Positions 27,972 through 32,000 of a stretch of DNA of 32,000 nucleotides are shown one piece after another. The stretch lies in assembly GCF_035285525.1 (NCBI RefSeq), contig NZ_JAYKGW010000244.1, positions 19,424 through 51,423 of the forward strand. The letters are read 5' to 3'. Source of the DNA: Okeania sp. (GTDB taxonomy: Bacteria > Cyanobacteriota > Cyanobacteriia > Cyanobacteriales > Microcoleaceae). Both the position numbers and the translations under genes were made by a program. The notes under the pieces were generated by a model. It ran no database searches, was not told the DNA's origin, and saw nothing but the letters and a program-made list of their open reading frames with translations. Each line of letters starts with the position of its first letter. Within the stretch, counting starts at the first letter, position 1.

Positions 27972-29744
27972 ATGCAGATAACAGACGACCTTTATAGATT
28001 ATTGGAAATTGTTCCCGACCAAATCAGAGGGCCTTTACAGCATCATCAAGAGCGAAATCATCTGATTGAAATTGTGATGGATCTGGGTCGTCTCCCAGAA
28101 GCTCGTTTTCCATCTCACGCAGAATATTTAGGGGAAATTCCGGTTTCCAGAAAAGACCTGAGTTATTCTATTGAACGCATTGGAAATTTTAGTAGTGATA
28201 ACAGGGCGGGTATTGAACAGACGCTACATCGAATTAGTGCTATGCGTAACCGCACTGGAGAAGTTATTGGTTTGACTTGCCGAGTGGGGCGGGCGGTTTT
28301 TGGTACTATTGCCATGATTCGTGAATTGGTGGAAACCGGAAAGTCAATTTTAATGCTTGGTCGCCCTGGCGTGGGAAAAACAACTGCATTACGAGAAATT
28401 GCGCGGGTGCTGGCGGATGATTTAGAAAAACGGGTAGTAATTATTGACACTTCTAATGAAATTGCTGGAGATGGAGATATTCCTCACCCTGCTATTGGCC
28501 GTGCGCGTCGGATGCAGGTAGCGACTCCGGAAGAACAGCATCGAGTAATGATTGAAGCGGTGGAAAATCATACCCCACAGGTGATTGTGATTGATGAGAT
28601 TGGTACGGAGTTGGAAGCTCTGGCAGCGAGAACTATTGCGGAACGTGGGGTGCAGTTGGTGGGTACTGCTCATGGAAATCAGATTGATAATTTGCTGAAG
28701 AATCCAACTTTATGCGATCTGATTGGGGGTATTCAGACTGTGACTTTGGGTGATGATGAGGCTCGACGACGGGGTTCGCAAAAGACTGTTTTGGAACGGA
28801 AGGCTCCTCCTACTTTTGAAATTGCGGTAGAAATGTTGGAAAGGCATCGTTGGGTGGTTCACGAGCAGGTGGCTAATACTGTTGATGCTTTGTTGCGGGG
28901 GCAAAAACCGAATCCCCAGGTGAGGACGATGGATGAGAATGGTGAGATACAGGTTAAACGTGAGTTTAATAGTGGTGTTGGTTTAGGTGGGGGTGTTAAT
29001 GGTAATGCCGGGACGTTGTTGGGAACGTCGGAGAGGAGGTTAACTTCTGGTGGTAATTTTCGGGATTCTGGTTATATGATGCCGTTGCAGAATACTGGTG
29101 AAGTGGTTGAACCTTTGGAGTTTTCTCAGGCAAAGTCTTTTGAGGAGATGTTGGATGATTCTTTTTCTGGTAATGGGATGTTTTCTCCTGGTACTGGAGA
29201 TGCTTGGGAGGGTAAGAGTAGGGGGCCGAATGGTGAGGATTTGCCTTTGCACGTTTATCCTTATGCTATTCCACGACATCAAATCGAACAGGTGATTAGT
29301 ACGTTGGGTTTGCCTGTGGTTTTGACTAAGGATATTGATGGTGCGGATGTGGTTTTGGCTTTGCGATCGCACACTCGGAAACAGTCTAAGTTACGTCATG
29401 CGGCGAAGACTCGTCATGTGCCTATTCATGTGATTAAGAATAGCAGTTTGCCTCAGATTGCTAAGGCGTTGCGAAGGTTGTTGGATATGGACGATCCTGC
29501 GACTCCTGAGTTTGCGGATTTGAATTTGTTTGCTGCTTCTGCTTCGGAGGATGAGATGGAGGCGTTGGAGGAAACACGGTTGGCGGTGGAGCAGATTGTG
29601 ATTCCGAAGGGGCAACCTGTGGAACTTTTGCCCAGGTCTCCGAAGGTGCGGAAGATGCAGCATGAGTTGGTTGAGCATTATCGGTTGAAGTCTTCTAGTT
29701 TTGGGGATGAACCGAATCGTCGTTTGCGGATTTATCCAGCGTAA
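27972..29744 (+). CDS. ycf45: Ycf45-like AAA ATPase (SpoIIIAA-like) with C-terminal R3H domain
   Basis: Walker A GRPGVGKTT, Walker B VIVIDEIG, C-terminal R-x3-H (RKMQH) in an R3H-like context. The start is moved to ATG 27972 (MQITDDLYRLLEIVP) because the track extension 27903-27971 is just a translated ATTATCC heptamer array. Confidence 0.85.
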   Translation: MQITDDLYRLLEIVPDQIRGPLQHHQERNHLIEIVMDLGRLPEARFPSHAEYLGEIPVSRKDLSYSIERIGNFSSDNRAGIEQTLHRISAMRNRTGEVIGLTCRVGRAVFGTIAMIRELVETGKSILMLGRPGVGKTTALREIARVLADDLEKRVVIIDTSNEIAGDGDIPHPAIGRARRMQVATPEEQHRVMIEAVENHTPQVIVIDEIGTELEALAARTIAERGVQLVGTAHGNQIDNLLKNPTLCDLIGGIQTVTLGDDEARRRGSQKTVLERKAPPTFEIAVEMLERHRWVVHEQVANTVDALLRGQKPNPQVRTMDENGEIQVKREFNSGVGLGGGVNGNAGTLLGTSERRLTSGGNFRDSGYMMPLQNTGEVVEPLEFSQAKSFEEMLDDSFSGNGMFSPGTGDAWEGKSRGPNGEDLPLHVYPYAIPRHQIEQVISTLGLPVVLTKDIDGADVVLALRSHTRKQSKLRHAAKTRHVPIHVIKNSSLPQIAKALRRLLDMDDPATPEFADLNLFAASASEDEMEALEETRLAVEQIVIPKGQPVELLPRSPKVRKMQHELVEHYRLKSSSFGDEPNRRLRIYPA

Positions 29745-29776
29745 GTGAGTGGGGGAGTGGGGGAGTAGGGGAGTAG
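29745..29776. repeat. Octamer array GTGAGTGG-GGGAGTGG-GGGAGTAG-GGGAGTAG directly after the ycf45 stop
   Basis: Read directly. Related GGGGAGTA units occur at 4403-4424. Confidence 0.85.
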
Positions 29777-29802
29777 GGTGCGTTATATTTTGTTAACGCA
29801 CC
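29777..29802 (+). terminator. Hairpin GGTGCGTTA-tattttgt-TAACGCACC after ycf45; terminator-like, and also a member of a dispersed hairpin family
   Basis: Perfect 9-bp stem followed by GTTTAT, with only a partial U tract. A second related hairpin lies at 29821-29846. Confidence 0.35.
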
Positions 29803-29959
29803 GTTTATCCTAAATGTTACGGTGCGTTACGCTTCGCTAACACACCCTACTGGAATGTTTCATTACAACAGTTGTTTATCTGGTGAAATATTTAGTCTTA
29901 ATTTTCACAAAAATGAAGTATAATTAACAATTATAAAACAACTAAAAAAAGTCAAGAAT

Positions 29960-30208
29960 ATGAACAGTATCATAATTGATAACTTTGATGATGACCTTAT
30001 AGTTAGGTTACAAAAGCGAGCGGAACATAGTGGGCGTTCTCTGGAAGCAGAAGCTAAAGAAATTCTCCGTGCAGTATTAACAAAAAACGAAGAAAATTCT
30101 TTAAATCTTGCTGCAAAAATAGAGCAACGTTTTTCCCATTTTGGAGATTTTGAAATCCCAATTATATCTAGAGACTCCCTACGCGAAATTCCCAATTTTG
30201 AGGATTGA
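29960..30208 (+). CDS. Ribbon-helix-helix (FitA/Arc-like) type II antitoxin
   Basis: 82 aa; N-terminal IIIDNFDDDLIVRLQKRAEHSGRSLEAEAKEILRAVL is the typical RHH antitoxin pattern. Its stop lies 1 nt before the ATG of a PIN gene. Confidence 0.8.
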   Translation: MNSIIIDNFDDDLIVRLQKRAEHSGRSLEAEAKEILRAVLTKNEENSLNLAAKIEQRFSHFGDFEIPIISRDSLREIPNFED

Positions 30209-30209
30209 T

Positions 30210-30633
30210 ATGATTGTACTTGATACTAATGTAGTGTCGGAATTAATGAAATTTAAAGGCTCATCAATAGTTCGTAAATGGGTGGGGTGAAAGACCAATA
30301 AATAATCTTTTTATAACAACTATTACTCAAGCTGAAATTCTCTATGGGATTGCATTATTACCACTGGGAAAACGTAAAAATGAACTAACTCAAGTGGCTA
30401 AATTAATGTTTGCTGAAGATTTCGCTGGCAGAGTTTTACCGTTTGATGAAAAAGCAGCAACTGCTTTTGCTGAAATTGCTGCTAAAAGAAGAAGGATGGG
30501 TAAGCCAATCTCTCAAGCTGATGCTCAGATTGCTAGTATTTGTTACAGTCAGCAAGCTACTCTTGTCACTAGGAATATTTCTGATTTTGAAGATTGTGAT
30601 ATTGCTATTATTAATCCTTGGGAGGTAGATTAA
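30210..30633 (+). pseudogene. vapC: PIN-domain (VapC/FitB-type) toxin gene interrupted by a +1 frameshift in a G run
   Basis: ATG 30210 gives MIVLDTNVVSELMKFKGSSIVRKWVG then TGA at 30288-30290. The next frame, open from 30271, continues (G)WGERPINNLFITTITQAEILYGIALLPLGKRKNEL...QADAQIASICYSQQATLVTRNISDFEDCDIAIINPWEVD. Removing one G from GGGTGGGG restores a 140-aa PIN protein. Confidence 0.8.
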
Positions 30634-30899
30634 ACTAATAGTATTTATACTTTATTTTTGCAGTAATTTAACAATTGCTACTTTAGGTAATTATTTTACT
30701 TTTTTTGTGTAATTCTTATTATATAGTATTTGAGTCGCTTTATTAATGCTCAAAAATGGTTGGAGATTAGATATTAATATAGTCATTTAATTTAAGAATT
30801 AAACACTTTTTCGGCTGAAATACTTTCACAGCAATAAATACTTGTCTCATTCTTAAATCGTCTCTAATAAATATAATTATTAGACCTTTAATCAACAAA

Positions 30900-31308
30900 C
30901 TAATTTTCTAGTGTTAAATCTTCAAAATTTTCAAAATCAACTATATTGTTAGTTACTAAAATTAGATTTTTAGTAGCAGCATATAGAGGCAATTTGACTA
31001 TCAATAAAACTAGGAATTTTACCTATCTTAGATAATCTAGTTCTCTCTTTTGCATGGTATTGTGCAGATTTTAAATCATAATTAAATATAGGGACATTTA
31101 AAATCAGATCGCTGATATATTCCTGAAAAAAATTACGTCTCTTTGATTCTGGTAAACGCCAGCAACCATATAAAAATTCGTGAATAACTACCGTAGCTGT
31201 ACAAATTTGTAATTGATTTATTGTCAATTTATTAACAACTTGAGGATGAGGAGAAGCACGCATAGATTCAGAAATTATATTAGTATCTAGCAAATACTTT
31301 AAGTTCAT
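30900..31308 (-). pseudogene. vapC: Second PIN-domain (VapC-type) toxin gene with a frameshift near the 3' end
   Basis: The track ORF 30970-31308 (MNLKYLLDTNIISES...DSQIASICCY*) stops prematurely. Another frame continues AATKNLILVTNNIVDFENFEDLTLEN* to TAG at 30900-30902. One extra nt around 30981-30985 (TCTATATGCT) separates the two frames. Confidence 0.75.
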
Positions 31309-31530
31309 AAATCAACTTCTATCCCTGGTGACTTGTCTCGTAAGTTATCAAAATTATTATCTTCCAAAGTAATTTTTTCTTGTTCTATTTTTGCCCTAAA
31401 TTTTTGATAGGCTGACCAAAAATCATTAACTTCTTTAATTTATATTAAAATTTCTTGGTTATCTGGTAAATTTATTTACTTCCTCTAATAATTCAATAAT
31501 CTTTCCTTTTTTAATTCTTTTTACTAACAT
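31305..31530 (-). pseudogene. Decayed antitoxin gene upstream of the second PIN gene
   Basis: ATG 31530 gives MLVKRIKKGKIIELLEEVNKFTR*. A second frame reads NLPDNQEILI, then TAA (31440-31442), then IKEVNDFWSAYQKFRAKIEQEKITLEDNNFDNLRDKSPGIEVDL, ending in an ATGA overlap with the PIN start. That is one frameshift plus one in-frame stop. Confidence 0.6.
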
Positions 31531-32000
31531 AAAGTTAATTTCTTAAATATACAGAAAGTTCTGGTTAAATTATAACAATTATAGCGATTTTTACTTTGCT
31601 AAAATACAGTAAAGACGTTCCATGGAGCGTCCCTACTTTGGTTATAAAAATGTGGTGTATTAAGGGTGAAAAATGCTGTATGGTTGATAAATAAAAATAG
31701 ATTTAGAGACAAGGTTTTGGCATAAATTATTTGTATTGGGTTTATCCTACGGATAAGTTACCCTAACGTTATCTCAACCCAACCTACAAATACTAAAAGG
31801 TTAGGATATTTAACTTTCAAAAGAATAATTTTCTTCAACTATACAAAAAATGTAAATATCAACCCACATTTCACACTTCAAATTGTATCATAATAAGTTA
31901 CAGGAAATTCATCTATTGAATTAAGTAGAATTACTTATGGTGTTGGGTGACTCCAAGTCAGATCATAAAGCTGACAATATCCTGATGATTATTATTAAAA

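Noticed and set aside
28163-29678. Several minus-strand ORFs (28163-28450, 28422-28673, 28710-28904, 29040-29372, 29391-29678) and the plus-strand ORF 29098-29295
   Set aside because: All lie inside the well-supported ycf45-like CDS. Their arginine/serine-rich products are typical of antisense reading of a GC-richer gene.
29905-30195. 96-aa minus-strand ORF
   Set aside because: It is antisense to the RHH antitoxin gene, which has a clear family pattern and correct coupling to the PIN gene.
30394-30633. Track ORFs 30394-30633 (79 aa) and 30410-30628 (72 aa) as independent genes
   Set aside because: The first is the out-of-frame C-terminal two-thirds of the frameshifted PIN gene rather than a gene of its own. 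The second is an alternate-frame leucine-rich artefact.
31936-32000. Possible start of a plus-strand gene (ATG 31936, MVLGDSKSDHKADNILMIIIK...)
   Set aside because: Only 21 codons are visible before the window ends, with no recognisable motif or clear ribosome-binding site. There is too little to support a call.

Overview
AT-rich chromosomal segment from a cyanobacterium, most likely a heterocyst-forming Nostocales type. The evidence is ndhN, an ldpA-like gene, a ycf45-like gene, at least nine HIP1 octamers (GCGATCGC), heptameric tandem repeats, and a plastid/cyanobacterial r-protein gene order lacking rpsJ, rpsN, rpmD and rpsD. The core (3.3-24.5 kb, minus strand) is the complete ribosomal-protein superoperon: rplC-rplD-rplW-rplB-rpsS-rplV-rpsC-rplP-rpmC-rpsQ-rplN-rplX-rplE-rpsH-rplF-rplR-rpsE-rplO-secY-adk-infA-rpmJ-rpsM-rpsK-rpoA-rplQ-truA-rplM-rpsI-rpmE-prfA. 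rpmJ is missing from the ORF track and was found by hand. Left flank: a 5'-truncated pentapeptide-repeat gene and one conserved hypothetical gene. Right flank (plus strand): ndhN, an LdpA-like Fe-S protein, a Ycf45-like AAA/R3H ATPase, then two convergent type II toxin-antitoxin loci. Both PIN toxin genes in these loci carry frameshifts, and one antitoxin is also decayed. No rRNA, tRNA, CRISPR, cas, transposase, integrase or reverse transcriptase genes were seen, and I see no convincing novel multi-gene system. The unusual feature is architectural. The gene order of this normally compact operon is intact, but 13 intercistronic spacers exceed 200 bp and 5 exceed 450 bp. These spacers hold miniature inverted-repeat elements (at least 8 copies of an AGGACT-ended family), nested small hairpin repeats, near-identical local direct repeats, heptamer/octamer/nonamer tandem arrays and G-quadruplex-type tracts on the mRNA strand. 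Together with the decayed TA genes, this suggests a genome under repeat proliferation or erosion; that interpretation is inference.
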